A DNA stretch of 64,000 nucleotides from an uncultured Bacteroidota bacterium. GTDB taxonomy: Bacteria > Bacteroidota > Bacteroidia > Bacteroidales > B18-G4. Location: contig CAWCAB010000003.1 of NCBI GenBank assembly GCA_963793485.1, forward strand, positions 740,418-804,417. The letters run 5' to 3'. Every line of letters starts with the position of its first letter. The first letter of the stretch is position 1. Of this stretch, positions 18,431-33,084 are shown piece after piece. A program made the translations under genes and the position numbers. The notes beneath the pieces are model-generated. The model ran no database searches, was not told where the DNA came from, and was given only the letters and a program-made list of their open reading frames with translations.

Positions 18431-18997
18431 ATGAAGCGAAGCGTAAATATTCATGAAGAATTGATCACGGGCTGCAGGTCGAACAACCGGAAATCCCAGC
18501 TACAGATCTACAATCTATATTATAAAGCTATGTATAACGCAGCATTTCGTATTGTAAAAAACAGCGCCGAAGCGGAGGATATCATGCAGGAAGCATTCCT
18601 GACGGGATTCCAGAAGATCGGTGATTACAAGGGTGATGCAAGTTTTGGTGCATGGCTGAAAAGGATCGTTATCAACAGGGCGATCGACCAGTTGAAGAAG
18701 AAAAAGGAGAGTGTGTCTATCGAGGAAACGGGCATTGAGCTTCAGGCTGATGACGCAAGTGAGAACTACCTTGAGGTATTGTCATATAAGACAGATCAGA
18801 TCAGGAAAGGGATAGAGCAACTGGGAGAAGATGATAGGATGATCATGAGCATGTTCTTGCTGGAGGGATACGATCACGAGGAAATCTCACAAGTGCTGGA
18901 TATTTCGAACAATGCCAGCCGTACACGTTACTCCAGGGCAAAACAACGCCTGAGGGACTGGCTCAAACAGCAAAAGATCGATGAACTTGTAAACTAA
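18431..18997 (+). CDS. ECF RNA polymerase sigma factor
   Basis: AEDIMQEAF, FGAWLKRIVINRAID (region 2), EGYDHEEIS...SRTRYSRAKQRL (region 4). Confidence 0.92.
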   Translation: MKRSVNIHEELITGCRSNNRKSQLQIYNLYYKAMYNAAFRIVKNSAEAEDIMQEAFLTGFQKIGDYKGDASFGAWLKRIVINRAIDQLKKKKESVSIEETGIELQADDASENYLEVLSYKTDQIRKGIEQLGEDDRMIMSMFLLEGYDHEEISQVLDISNNASRTRYSRAKQRLRDWLKQQKIDELVN

Positions 18998-19002
18998 GAC
19001 CT

Positions 19003-19518
19003 ATGAGTGTACTTGAAGATAAAATTAAGAAGAACCGTGAGCACTATGATGTGCATGAGCCGAATGAGGGGCATTTCGACCGATTTGCTTCCAGGCTCGA
19101 CGAGAAGTTCCACACCGGAGAACCAAAATCCGCATGGCCCTGGTGGCGCATTGCTGCTGCCGTTGTGCTTGTTGCTGCACTTGCAGGCATAATGCTCTTT
19201 CAATATGCCGATAATTCATCCTCATTACAGGCTGGCCAGATGAGTGATGAACTCAGCCAGGTGGTTGACCATTATAACCACCTTACAGATCAGCGCCTGG
19301 GTGATATCAATAATTGTGCGGCATCCGATGAGGAAGCAGCCAGGATTGATGAGATGGCCCGAACTCAACTTGAGCAACTGGAAAAAGATGCCGACGTACT
19401 GCAGGCAGAACTGAGCAATGATGAATCCAATCAACGCGTATATGGAGCACTTGTAACTAATTACAGGACAAGGATCAGAATACTTGATAATATCATTACT
19501 AAAATATGTCAACTTTAA
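19003..19518 (+). CDS. Probable anti-sigma factor
   Basis: EPNEGHFDRF N-terminus, single TM (WWRIAAAVVLV), helical C-terminus; directly after the sigma gene. Confidence 0.65.
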   Translation: MSVLEDKIKKNREHYDVHEPNEGHFDRFASRLDEKFHTGEPKSAWPWWRIAAAVVLVAALAGIMLFQYADNSSSLQAGQMSDELSQVVDHYNHLTDQRLGDINNCAASDEEAARIDEMARTQLEQLEKDADVLQAELSNDESNQRVYGALVTNYRTRIRILDNIITKICQL

Positions 19519-19535
19519 ACTTAAAACCGGAAAAA

Positions 19536-20582
19536 ATGAAAAGTTTTACACGAATTTCAATCATGATCAGCCTGATGCTGATGTTTGCCCTGGCAAGCGT
19601 TTCAGCCCAGGAGCTTAAAAAAAGCTATCACGAAACCTATGACGTGAAGTCAGATGCCAAGGTCCAGATCGACAACAAATACGGACAGGTGCATATTCAA
19701 ACCTGGGATAAGAATCAGGTCGCTATCGATGTTGAGGTCAGTGTGGATGCCAGAAATGAGAAAGACTCACAGAAGATCCTTGATAAGATCAATGTGAAGA
19801 TCTCGGGGAGCAATGACCTGGTAAAAGCATATACTTCATTCGATGGAAAACTGAATTGCAAAAATTGTGAGATGAATATCGAATATGAAGTGAAGATGCC
19901 CGCCAGCTTATTGCTCGACTTGAAGAACGAGTTTGGAAACGCCTATGTTGGAACCCTAACAGGACCGGCCAAGATAAGAGTGGATTATGGTAACCTGGAG
20001 CTAGGAGGACTTGGAGCTAAGGATAATTCAGTTACTGTGAAGTTTGGAAATGCGGATATTGGTGATATTAAAGCTGCAGAAATGCATTTTGAGTACAGCA
20101 ACCTGGAACTCGGGAAGGCCGGATACCTCGATCTGTACTCAAGGTTCAATGGAATTGAAATAGGTGAAGTTTCAGAGCTTATACTTGATTCACAATATGA
20201 TGGGTTAGAGATTGGAAGTGGAGATGTGATGGAAATAAAAGCCAGCTTTACAGATATTGAGATCGGCGAACTTTTCGATAAACTGGTGTTGAATTCCAAT
20301 TACGGTGGTGTTGAAGTTTTACGCGTATCAGGTGGCTTTTCTTTGATCGATATTGATAGTGAATTTGGCGGTGTTGACGTGGGGATCAGTAAATCGGCGA
20401 GTTATAAACTGAAAGCTTATGCCAGCTTTGGCGATATAGATTTTCCTGAGGATAATGCCAGCGTTAGCAAGAGAATTGAGAAAGACTTTTCAGAAGAAGT
20501 GGAAGCTTTTATCGGTGATGATAAAAATTCATCCTCTGTAGTGAATATATCCGTAAAAAATGCAAGTGTAGATATTAATTAA
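19536..20582 (+). CDS. Exported beta-strand-repeat (DUF4097/adhesin-like) protein
   Basis: Signal peptide; IDNKYGQVHIQTWD, YEVKMP, repeated xFGxxxI units. Confidence 0.65.
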   Translation: MKSFTRISIMISLMLMFALASVSAQELKKSYHETYDVKSDAKVQIDNKYGQVHIQTWDKNQVAIDVEVSVDARNEKDSQKILDKINVKISGSNDLVKAYTSFDGKLNCKNCEMNIEYEVKMPASLLLDLKNEFGNAYVGTLTGPAKIRVDYGNLELGGLGAKDNSVTVKFGNADIGDIKAAEMHFEYSNLELGKAGYLDLYSRFNGIEIGEVSELILDSQYDGLEIGSGDVMEIKASFTDIEIGELFDKLVLNSNYGGVEVLRVSGGFSLIDIDSEFGGVDVGISKSASYKLKAYASFGDIDFPEDNASVSKRIEKDFSEEVEAFIGDDKNSSSVVNISVKNASVDIN

Positions 20583-20605
20583 TCCAAAATTAAAAATTAC
20601 AAAAC

Positions 20606-21331
20606 ATGAAAACAACAAAGACATTCTTAATAATCTTTTCACTCCTTCTGCTGGCCAGCACAGGCCTGATGGGAAGTTGCATTGATATCACAGGTGAGAA
20701 AGGTGATGGCAATGTGGTCAAAGAAGATCGCCAGGTATCTGGCTTTACCAGCCTGGAAGTTAGCGGGGCATTCCAGGTTTTCCTCTACCAGGGAAAATCA
20801 GAATCGCTGACCGTGGAAGCTGATCAAAACCTGATGCCTCTCATCAAAACTGAGGTCAAGGGCGACCGCCTCAAGATCTACACCGAAGGTAGTATCAAGA
20901 AAGCAACGAAGATGAATATTTATCTCACCTTCGAAGAACTGGAGATGATCGATATAAGCGGTGCCGTAAGTATCAAAAGTGATGATATGCTCCATTTTGA
21001 TGAGTTGGTCCTTGACGGTAGCGGTGCTTCAGAGATCCATCTTAATATGGATGTGGCTGTGCTCAATGCTGATTTCAGCGGAGCCAGCGAGATAGATCTT
21101 GCAGGCAGTGCCAAGAGCGCATCTTTCGACCTCTCAGGTGCATCTGAAATTGATGCCTATGAATTTGTTATTGCACATTGTGAGTTGGATGTCAGTGGCG
21201 CAGCAGAAGCAAACATACATGTAAGCGACAACCTGGAAGTAGATATTTCTGGAGCCGCCTCAGTAAGGTATAAAGGTAATCCGCGCGTGAGTAGCGACAT
21301 CTCAGGTGCAGGAAGCCTGAAATCACAATAG
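20606..21331 (+). CDS. DUF2807 / head-GIN-domain lipoprotein
   Basis: MGSC lipobox; GDGNVVKEDR; repeated SGASxI units; YKGNP. Confidence 0.85.
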   Translation: MKTTKTFLIIFSLLLLASTGLMGSCIDITGEKGDGNVVKEDRQVSGFTSLEVSGAFQVFLYQGKSESLTVEADQNLMPLIKTEVKGDRLKIYTEGSIKKATKMNIYLTFEELEMIDISGAVSIKSDDMLHFDELVLDGSGASEIHLNMDVAVLNADFSGASEIDLAGSAKSASFDLSGASEIDAYEFVIAHCELDVSGAAEANIHVSDNLEVDISGAASVRYKGNPRVSSDISGAGSLKSQ

Positions 21332-22149
21332 AATGATATAGGCCTTAGCTTGAAAATGGAAGGCCTAAGGAGTAAAACGATCCCCTTGTTGGGCTCAGGA
21401 TGAAATGATCTTGGGTTTGGCCGGGGGATTGGTTTGTCTGATTCCCATTTTGGGACGGTTTGTCCCAAAATGCTCATTCATAGTATATTGGCACAATGGA
21501 TTTTTGATAATAAAATCGTTTTGTGCAGTTTTTGTGAGGTGCTATATAATTGCTTAGTATTCAGAAGTGTTATGATCACTATACCCAAGTAATTGTACGC
21601 GGTTACCGCTGAGATAGCCATCAAGGTTTGGTTTTAATACTGGCGTAACATATCTTTACTTTGATTTTACGAAAACCCAAATTCTTTATCTCTGGCTACT
21701 TATTGTTTGATTGATCTATGGTTATGATCTTCATGCTCATTTTGCAGGAAACTTGTAGCTAAAGATTACGTATAATCACTTATCAGATAGGCTTATAATG
21801 TCTTAATTTTGTAAAGAGAAGTTCTGATAGGTGAAAAAGAAAAAAACGTTCATTCATTTGTTGGTACTTTTTAACGATCTCAAAGGCGGGAGGTCATGAA
21901 CTGGATTGATTATCTAAGTTTCATTGAAACAGATAATTATATGCGTTTTTCAGTTTTATCCATTGGCTTGGAAATCTTTGAAAAACAGAAAAAGAGAACC
22001 GGAGAGACGTTGAAAATATCGTTATATTATTTAGTATTAATACTATTCTGAATAGATTTCGATAACTTTGCAGGAATTCTTATATAGAATTGATATAGAT
22101 TACAGACACGGAAAATAAATTACGATACGAAAAATTAACACAGTACGAT

Positions 22150-23730
22150 ATGAAAAAGCTTTTAAATCTTGCGGGAGGCCTGATGATTCTCATTGTCCTT
22201 CTTGCGATCAGTAGCGGCTCAGCTTTTGCCGATATTGTAATCAAGAACGGATCCACCATGAAGGTTTCATCAGGGACAAGCATTGTTGTTAGCTCTGATG
22301 TAGAAATTGAATCAGGGGGAACCGTTACGAACAGTGGAACGGTAAAGATTGCCGGTGATTTTACAAATGATGGCACTGCAGCCCTGGGCAGCGGTGATGT
22401 AGTTTTTAATGGAACTGCTGTACAAACCATCGGTGGAACTACAGCTTCACAGTTTGGAGATATTGAGATCACCAATGCACTTGGTGTGAACCTTGGCTCT
22501 GGAGCTCAGGTTGATGGAACACTTACCCTGACCAATGGTGTTCTTGGAATAGGTGCTAATAACCTTAGATTCGGAGTTGCAGCCTCTGCAGTGGCCGGCG
22601 CACCTTTTTCAGCCACCAATATGATCCAGGCTGATGGTACCGGACAGGTACAGAAATCATTTACGGATGGTACCAGTGACCCGGGTAGCTTCCTTTTCCC
22701 TATCGGCAGTGCAGCCGAATATTCCCCAGTTGAGATAGATTTTAACAACAGCACATTCAGTTCCGCTTACACAGGAGTGAATATCACTGCAAGCAAAGAA
22801 CCCAACAATACAAGCTTAAGTAATTACCTTGAACGTTATTGGACTATAGAAAACGTAGGGATATCATCATACACTTATGATATTACAGCTACCTATGTTG
22901 ATGCCGACATTGCAGGTACTGAAGCCGATATCAGTGGCGGTCTTTATCATGGAGCCGGATGGTATGTCCTTGACCCGGTCACTGCCGGAGCAAATACCTT
23001 CTTTGGAGATGATGTAGATGATGACGGTAATATTACCGGTGTTGAGTTTAGGATATTGAGTGATTTAAAAATACTTTGTGAAGGAGCATATCAGGCAGCT
23101 AGTAATGAAATGACAACAGTAAATAATCCTAATATTACCCCTTACGGCAGCTGCTGCTTATGCACATATTGGATATCTGGTACAGAGTCGGTTGCTGCAA
23201 TTCCTTCTGCAGATATAGTTGATTGGATCCTTGTTGAAGTACGTGATGCGGCTACACCAGCAGCAGCGACAAGTGCTACTGTTGTTGAAACAGTTGCAGG
23301 ATTTCTTCTGAAAGATGGCTCTATTGTTGGGCTGGATGGTGTTAGCCCTCTCCCATTCAATGTAATCATTACGAATAATGCATATTTTGTAATTATTCAT
23401 AGAAACCACCTGTGCAATAATGACAGCTGCATCACCGATCGGAGACATTTGGCAATTATGCATATGATTTTACGGATGCCAATGCTAAAGCATATGGAAC
23501 AAATGCTCAGGTTCAGGTGGATACAAGTCCTGTAGTTTTTGCTCTTTTTGCAGGCGAAACTAACTTGTCTGGAGTAATAACTCACTGCTGACAAACAGGA
23601 CCGATTGATAATAACTTGAATGTTACTGGTTACGAAGTAGGGGATACAAATTTCTCTGGTGTAGTAACTCACGCTGATAAGCAATACATTGATAATAACC
23701 TATAATGAAACTGGACAAGTTCCATTATAA
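22150..23730 (+). CDS. Large exported surface protein with C-terminal dockerin-like module; frameshifted after about 23100
   Basis: Signal peptide; beta-helix-like region, FLFPIG..YSPV, RYWTI; EGAY, DIVDWILVEVR, HRNHL; fragmented twin G(E/D)TN(L/F)SGV..xADKQ repeats ending GQVPL* at 23728-23730. Confidence 0.6.
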
Positions 23731-23763
23731 TCCTGATCATAAATGCATTAAAAGGAATACACA

Positions 23764-25956
23764 ATGAAAAAAATAATTATTCTCCTTGTTTTAATTGGCT
23801 GTTTGAGTATACATGGGTATAGTCAACCAACTGCATTGATAACAGTAGAAAATCCTCGGATAGATGGGAATCAATTCTTGTTTGATATGTACTTTCAGCG
23901 TACAAATGATGATCCATTATGGTATGGTACTGGTTTTCCTTATCCAACATATGCAGGATTAGCTGCAGGTTCTTGGTGGTTTACTGCTAATGTGACAGCT
24001 TTAAGTAATCCAACTATTTCCAATGTTAATGCAACTTATTTTTCGACCTAAAATTTTACTGACATTACTTGAATGTTCCAATTGGTAGCATTGCTGTACA
24101 CAGGCAGTAACAGCGCTTCCACCAGCTCTACCCTTAACGTTTCTTTTCATGCATTTACTGTCAGCAGTACAATTGTTACTCCGGCTGCAAATTCGCTTTT
24201 AGTTAGTGATGCTATAAACACAGGCCTGTTTCCTTTGGAGGTGCTTCAGGTATTCCTTATAGTGTAACAGAATCATATTTGACATCAGGCTGTAATATTG
24301 CATTAAATCACAAATGTTGGGATGGGTCTACAAGTGGATTGGGATGATGCAAACAACTGGAGTCCACCTGGGATTCCGATTGCAACTGATGATATAATTT
24401 ACCCAAATAATCCAACAAATGAATTATTGCTTTTAATGACTATGTGATGACTCATGCAACTGTTGAATAATCTTAAGGATAAACCACTTTGCTGAAATGC
24501 AGTACTTCAAACATCGGACTTACGGTGAATGGCAATATTGCTCTTTATGGTGGTCCAATCGAATTATAGATGTAGCACGGGTGTCAACTAATGCAATATT
24601 TATCATCAGCTTTTATTCCTAACACAATTAATTATGTGCATATAGCGTTGAAGATGGACACATTGAGGTTCACGTACTTTATATTTCGCATCTACCGCAT
24701 CAGACTATTATATGCATCAGGTAGCTGCACCAGTTTCAGGGGTAATTCTTGACGACTGGGACATGCAGGTATTAAGTACATATGCTTTTGAGTGGAGAAC
24801 TGCTACACAAGAATGGTATAATATTTATGCTCCATCTGGCGTTCTAACTCCTTCCGGTTATGGTTTGTAATCAGCCTTGGGGGCAGACGGCTTCAACAAG
24901 AGATTTGGTGTTTGATAGCTTGGTTTTAAGCAATATGACCTAGTAATTTTGATGCGATTTCAGTTGATAGTAGTGCATTGATAGGAAATCCATATATTGC
25001 TCCGGTTAACTGGGACGTTATGTATTCAGGCAATCAAATATTTCAAAGGTCAAAGTATGGGTGTGGAATCCTGCTACTAATGGCTATGTGACATATGTGC
25101 AAGGAACAGGCGGGAATAGCTCAGCAAGGTATATTCAGCCAGGACAATCATTCTTCATTGAAGCTCAGGAGGGAGTGTCTCATCTTTCCAGTATTGATCT
25201 GACTGACAGGGTTGAAAATATAGAACCCTACATGAAAAGGATGGAGGTATCCTAACTTACTTAGTTTATGCACTGAAGGGGGGAATGGTTCATCTGAGGC
25301 ATATATTCGTTTTAAAGAAGGGGATGATGTGACCAGGCATATGATGTGAGTCATGATGGAAAATTCATAAAGAAAGCGAGTATCCTAATTTTGCAACTGA
25401 GCTCTATACACAGTTACGTTCGGATAATGTAGAGCTTGCAGTAGATGCGCGGCCTAATGCTATGTTAGGTGATGATGTAAGTGTTCCGTTGCACTTCAAA
25501 CCTATAGAAGATGATAGTTACAGAATAGTAGCTGATGAGGCATCCATGAATACTTTTGCACCAAGCATCAGCATTATGCTGGAAGATACTTTTGAACCAC
25601 AACAGGAATGGACTGACCTGAGGGCAGAAGGATATTACGAGTTTGAAGCAGAAAAATGGGATCCTCGTGACAGGTTTATTATACATTTTTACGATTTAGA
25701 ATTCGGCATAGAAGATGGTGTAGTTGAGCCCATCAAGATCTATAGTGATCGCACAGATGCTTTTATCATAAACGACAGCGAGCAACTTATTAAAGAAATC
25801 CATGTCTATGATATAAGCGGTAACTTGATCACAAGCAAATCTACTGTGAATAATGCGCGTACAAGGATATTTGTTAGCGATGAGGTTGGTTATTATGTCG
25901 TTAAAGTGATCACCGATAAAGCTGTGTATTCTGAAAAGGTGTTAATCACCAAATAA
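23764..25956 (+). pseudogene. Large T9SS cargo protein, broken by many indels/stops (decay or sequencing error)
   Basis: Signal peptide at 23764; fragments WDDANNWSP.G.P, LIGNPY, WNP...YIQPGQSFFI; intact C-terminal IKIYS..IHVYDISGNLI..GYYVVKV..SEKVLITK sorting domain. Confidence 0.6.
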
Positions 25957-26006
25957 GATTACAGGAAATATATATAAAACGAACGGGAATTTATATATTT
26001 GCGGTC

Positions 26007-26247
26007 ATGAAAAAATCTTTAGGGGTAATTGTTCTAATTTTCATTTTAGTACGTGGTGGTTGGGATTACAGTGTATGCTGCCCCACCACCACCAGGACAG
26101 CCTCCTGATCCACCTGATCCGGGTGGTGGAGATATTCCGATTGGGGGATCCCCAATATCTGAAGGAGTCATGATCCTTATTTCACTTGCTCTTGGATATG
26201 CAGGCCGCAAGCTATACAACGCCCGAAAAAGAAGAATCAGCGAATAA
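26007..26247 (+). CDS. Tiny Pro-rich protein with PID-CTERM-like sorting tail (one apparent frameshift near 26052)
   Basis: MKKSLGVIVLIFILV from ATG 26007 continuing as VVGITVYA-APPPPGQPPDPPDPGGGDIPIGGSPISEGVMILISLALGYAGRKLYNARKRR. Confidence 0.65.
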
Positions 26248-26279
26248 AAAGACTGATACAACAATATACAAACCGGTAA

Positions 26280-29868
<3,589 letters not shown>

Positions 29869-29891
<23 letters not shown>

Positions 29892-30735
29892 AGTATACCT
29901 TTCCGGTCATAACCGGGTTGATACACATTACAGGGATCTGGGCTTTGTTGAACATCATCTTTTCATCCCATGCTCCGGCATTGAAATCGGGTGAGAAAAT
30001 GTCGGCATCAGTCATGATCATGATCATGTCAGCTTTCTCAAGCATGGCATAATCGAGCATGCGCTCTGCAAACTTTCCGGATTTTTCAGCATCCTGGATC
30101 TTATAATCAATCCCATTTTTCTTGAATGCTTGTTCAATCTGTGAACTCACAATATTGATCTTATTTGCAACGTCAGAATCAGAATGGGGTTCCCTGAAAA
30201 TATGTATGAAGGAGCCAAAGGTTTTCGCCATATGCATGGCCCACTGAACTTGTTGACGTGCTTCAGTAAAGCTGTTGATGGGGAAGACGATATTTTTATA
30301 TCCCTGGCCAAATGACTTTTCCTGCACAACCACAGTAGGCACAGGTGATTTGGTGACTACTTTTAAGGCAAAACTGCCAACCAGATATTGCATACCTTTC
30401 TTGCCATGTGTGCCAAGAATCATGAGTTTTGCCCCAATATCGGATGCGGTGCCATGAATCTCGTCAAAGATGCTTCCTTCGCGGGTTATTGTTTCCACTG
30501 AGATCCGGGAATTTTCGCGGATATCGTTAGCAATATCATTCAACTTGTCGGCGATGGCCGATACATCCAGATTTTCCTTTTTAAGCTGTGATTTCGTTTC
30601 ACGGTTGATCACATGAAGGATAACCAGTTTATAGTTGAGATATTCTGCCATTTCAACGCCATGGTTGATGGCATTCTGGCATGTCTGGGAAAAATCTGTC
30701 GGGACAAGAATAATATCGTTCAGTTGCTGTGCCAT
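29869..30735 (-). CDS. Universal stress protein (tandem USP)
   Basis: ILVPTDFS, LHVI, LGTHGKKG...GS.ALKVV..SPVPTVVV. Confidence 0.88.
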
Positions 30736-30859
30736 ATATATAATTTTGAATGTTTAGATAGTATAACAAAAATAGGAAAATTATCGAATTAGGTGCAAAG
30801 TATAATGCATTCCGGCTGCTTTTAATTTTTTAGCTCCGTGTTTTTATTAAATTCGCATT

Positions 30860-32785
30860 ATGTTTAAGAATAAGGGATTGGCATTCAGACTCAGTGTTTC
30901 GCTGCTTTCGGTGGGCACTGTAGTACTGTTTTCTATTCTGTATTATAATTATACTATTTCCAGGAACCTGGCATTAAATGATGCACATAATGATGTGCAG
31001 AAACTCACTGAACTTACTGTGGCACAAATTGAGAATGTGCTTCAAAATGTTGAGAATATTCCAACAAATCTGGCGTCAGTCATAGAGAACCGCGATACCA
31101 TCATGTTTGTTGGGACGCGATACGTTATTGAGGATGTTTTGCGTAAAAATCCTTTGATTTATGGAGCAAGTATAGCTTTCGCACCCAGGATAGAAGGAAC
31201 TGATACATTTTATTTTGCACCTTATCTATATGATTCCGGAGATACTATTGCTTTCAAAGATCTTGCAAGTGATGAATACGGCTACACAACAAAGGCATGG
31301 TATACCGCAGCAAGAGACAAAGGGACCGGCGTGTGGTCTGAACCATATTTTGACCTTGGTGGAGGAGAAGCTTTGATGGCTACCTATGCTGTGCCATTTT
31401 ATCGTGATCATGGAAATGGTCCTGTGTTTGCCGGTGTGGTTACCGCTGACCTTTCACTGGAAGGTCTTCAGCAATTGATCCAGGGAATCAAATTTTTTGA
31501 TTCCGGACGAGGGTTCCTCATTTCATCAAAAGGTAATATTGTTACCTGGCCGGAAATTGACTCTACCGATCAAAAGTTCGTATATAATATTTTTGAGGAG
31601 GTTGATGCACCGGGTACATTGGAGGTTTTAACCAGGATGGTCGAAGGTAAAAGTGGTATTGTTTCAATGCGTTCGATAGGGGCTGAATTACACCGTGACC
31701 GATGGATCAGTTATGCCAATGTTCCAACTACAAACTGGTCATTGGGCATTCTATTCCTTGAAAGTGAACTGTATGAAGACATTCATATCCTGTTTATTAA
31801 GTTGATCGCAATTGGCCTGGCCGGCTTTATTATTCTGGCTTTCCTCATCATCTTCTTCTCCAGCCGTTTTGTGAAACCTATTGAGAAACTGGCTTTTGCT
31901 ACCCGTAAGATTGGTGCTGGTGAATTTGATTTTCAAGTCCCTTCTTTTAAAGGTAATGATGAGATTGCTCAGCTTGGCAACTCATTCAGAATCATGCAGG
32001 TCCAGCTTCGTGATTATATCAGGAACCTGAAGGAGACCACAGCCCTGAATGAGAGGATGGAAAGTGAATTAGACATTGCGAGTACCATACAGCAGCAGAT
32101 GCTTCGTCCTTCGGAGAAGGTTCCCGGATGGGAAAATATAGACCTCTTCGGCTTACTGCAGCCTGCACGTAGAGTTGGAGGCGACCTCTATGATTTTATT
32201 GTGAATGACGATCATTTGTACTTTGCCATTGGTGATGTGTCGGGCAAGGGAATACCAGCTGCCCTTTTTATGGCCAAAACGCTAACATTGTTCAGGGCAA
32301 AGGTGAGTAAGGGTCTTTCGCCGGAGGCGATTGCATGGGAGATAAACAGGGATCTTGGACAATATAATGCCCAATCGATGTTTGTTACTTTTTTCATAGG
32401 GAAACTGAATATGAATACAGGGGAGCTCTTTTATACCAATGCCGGGCACAATCTTCCCCTTCTCCTCAAACCCGGTCATAAACCAGCTATACTCCGTGGC
32501 ACACATGGTACTCCGCTTGGCAGCATACCGGATTTAGATTTTACTTTTGATAAAACCAGCCTGAAAAGCGGAGAAAAACTATTCCTGTATACCGATGGAA
32601 TCTCAGAGGCAGTAAATATTCAGGATGAATTGTTTGGCGAAAACAGACTGGTAAATCTGCTGGATGATTACAGTGGCAAAGAGCCCAGAGAGATCTCCGG
32701 GTTAATTCTTTCAGAGATCGAATCATTCGCGAATGGTGCTGAGCAGGCTGATGATATCACTATGCTTATACTGGCCTTTGAATAA
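30860..32785 (+). CDS. Cache-HAMP-SpoIIE (PP2C) sensor phosphatase
   Basis: Two TMs, WSEPYFD Cache domain, HAMP (DEIAQL), VGGDLYD, GDVSGKG, NAGH, YTDG, DDIT. Confidence 0.92.
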   Translation: MFKNKGLAFRLSVSLLSVGTVVLFSILYYNYTISRNLALNDAHNDVQKLTELTVAQIENVLQNVENIPTNLASVIENRDTIMFVGTRYVIEDVLRKNPLIYGASIAFAPRIEGTDTFYFAPYLYDSGDTIAFKDLASDEYGYTTKAWYTAARDKGTGVWSEPYFDLGGGEALMATYAVPFYRDHGNGPVFAGVVTADLSLEGLQQLIQGIKFFDSGRGFLISSKGNIVTWPEIDSTDQKFVYNIFEEVDAPGTLEVLTRMVEGKSGIVSMRSIGAELHRDRWISYANVPTTNWSLGILFLESELYEDIHILFIKLIAIGLAGFIILAFLIIFFSSRFVKPIEKLAFATRKIGAGEFDFQVPSFKGNDEIAQLGNSFRIMQVQLRDYIRNLKETTALNERMESELDIASTIQQQMLRPSEKVPGWENIDLFGLLQPARRVGGDLYDFIVNDDHLYFAIGDVSGKGIPAALFMAKTLTLFRAKVSKGLSPEAIAWEINRDLGQYNAQSMFVTFFIGKLNMNTGELFYTNAGHNLPLLLKPGHKPAILRGTHGTPLGSIPDLDFTFDKTSLKSGEKLFLYTDGISEAVNIQDELFGENRLVNLLDDYSGKEPREISGLILSEIESFANGAEQADDITMLILAFE

Positions 32786-32875
32786 AATTCAAATTTTATC
32801 TCATAATTCCCCAAGTTCCAATCTGTAAATTATAATCAAATTCAAATGATTTAAACGTTCCAATTCATCAATGCA

Positions 32876-32942
32876 CCTCACCCCCTAAATCCCCCTCTTC
32901 CCTCGCCTTCGCTCGGGACAGGCTCTAAAGGAGATGGGGACT
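32876..32942. repeat. REP-like dispersed repeat nested in a C-rich/G-rich palindrome
   Basis: 32900-32922 reverse complement CCTGTCCCGAGCGAAGGCGAGGG matches 39854-39877 CCTGTCCTGAGCGAAGTCGAAGGG. Confidence 0.6.
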
Positions 32943-33027
32943 ATGAAGAATTGTCTCATTGAAATTTGTAAAATTGTTTAGAATTTGGAACTTGGAGCCT
33001 GGAATTTTTAGCAGGCCCTTTAAAACA

Positions 33028-33059
33028 ACAGACCCCGATTGCTTGCAATCGGGGTCTGT
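33028..33059. terminator. Hairpin terminator downstream of the USP gene
   Basis: ACAGACCCCGATTGC-TT-GCAATCGGGGTCTGT. Confidence 0.7.
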
Positions 33060-33084
33060 ATATTGGTACGAAAATCAGTATCTG

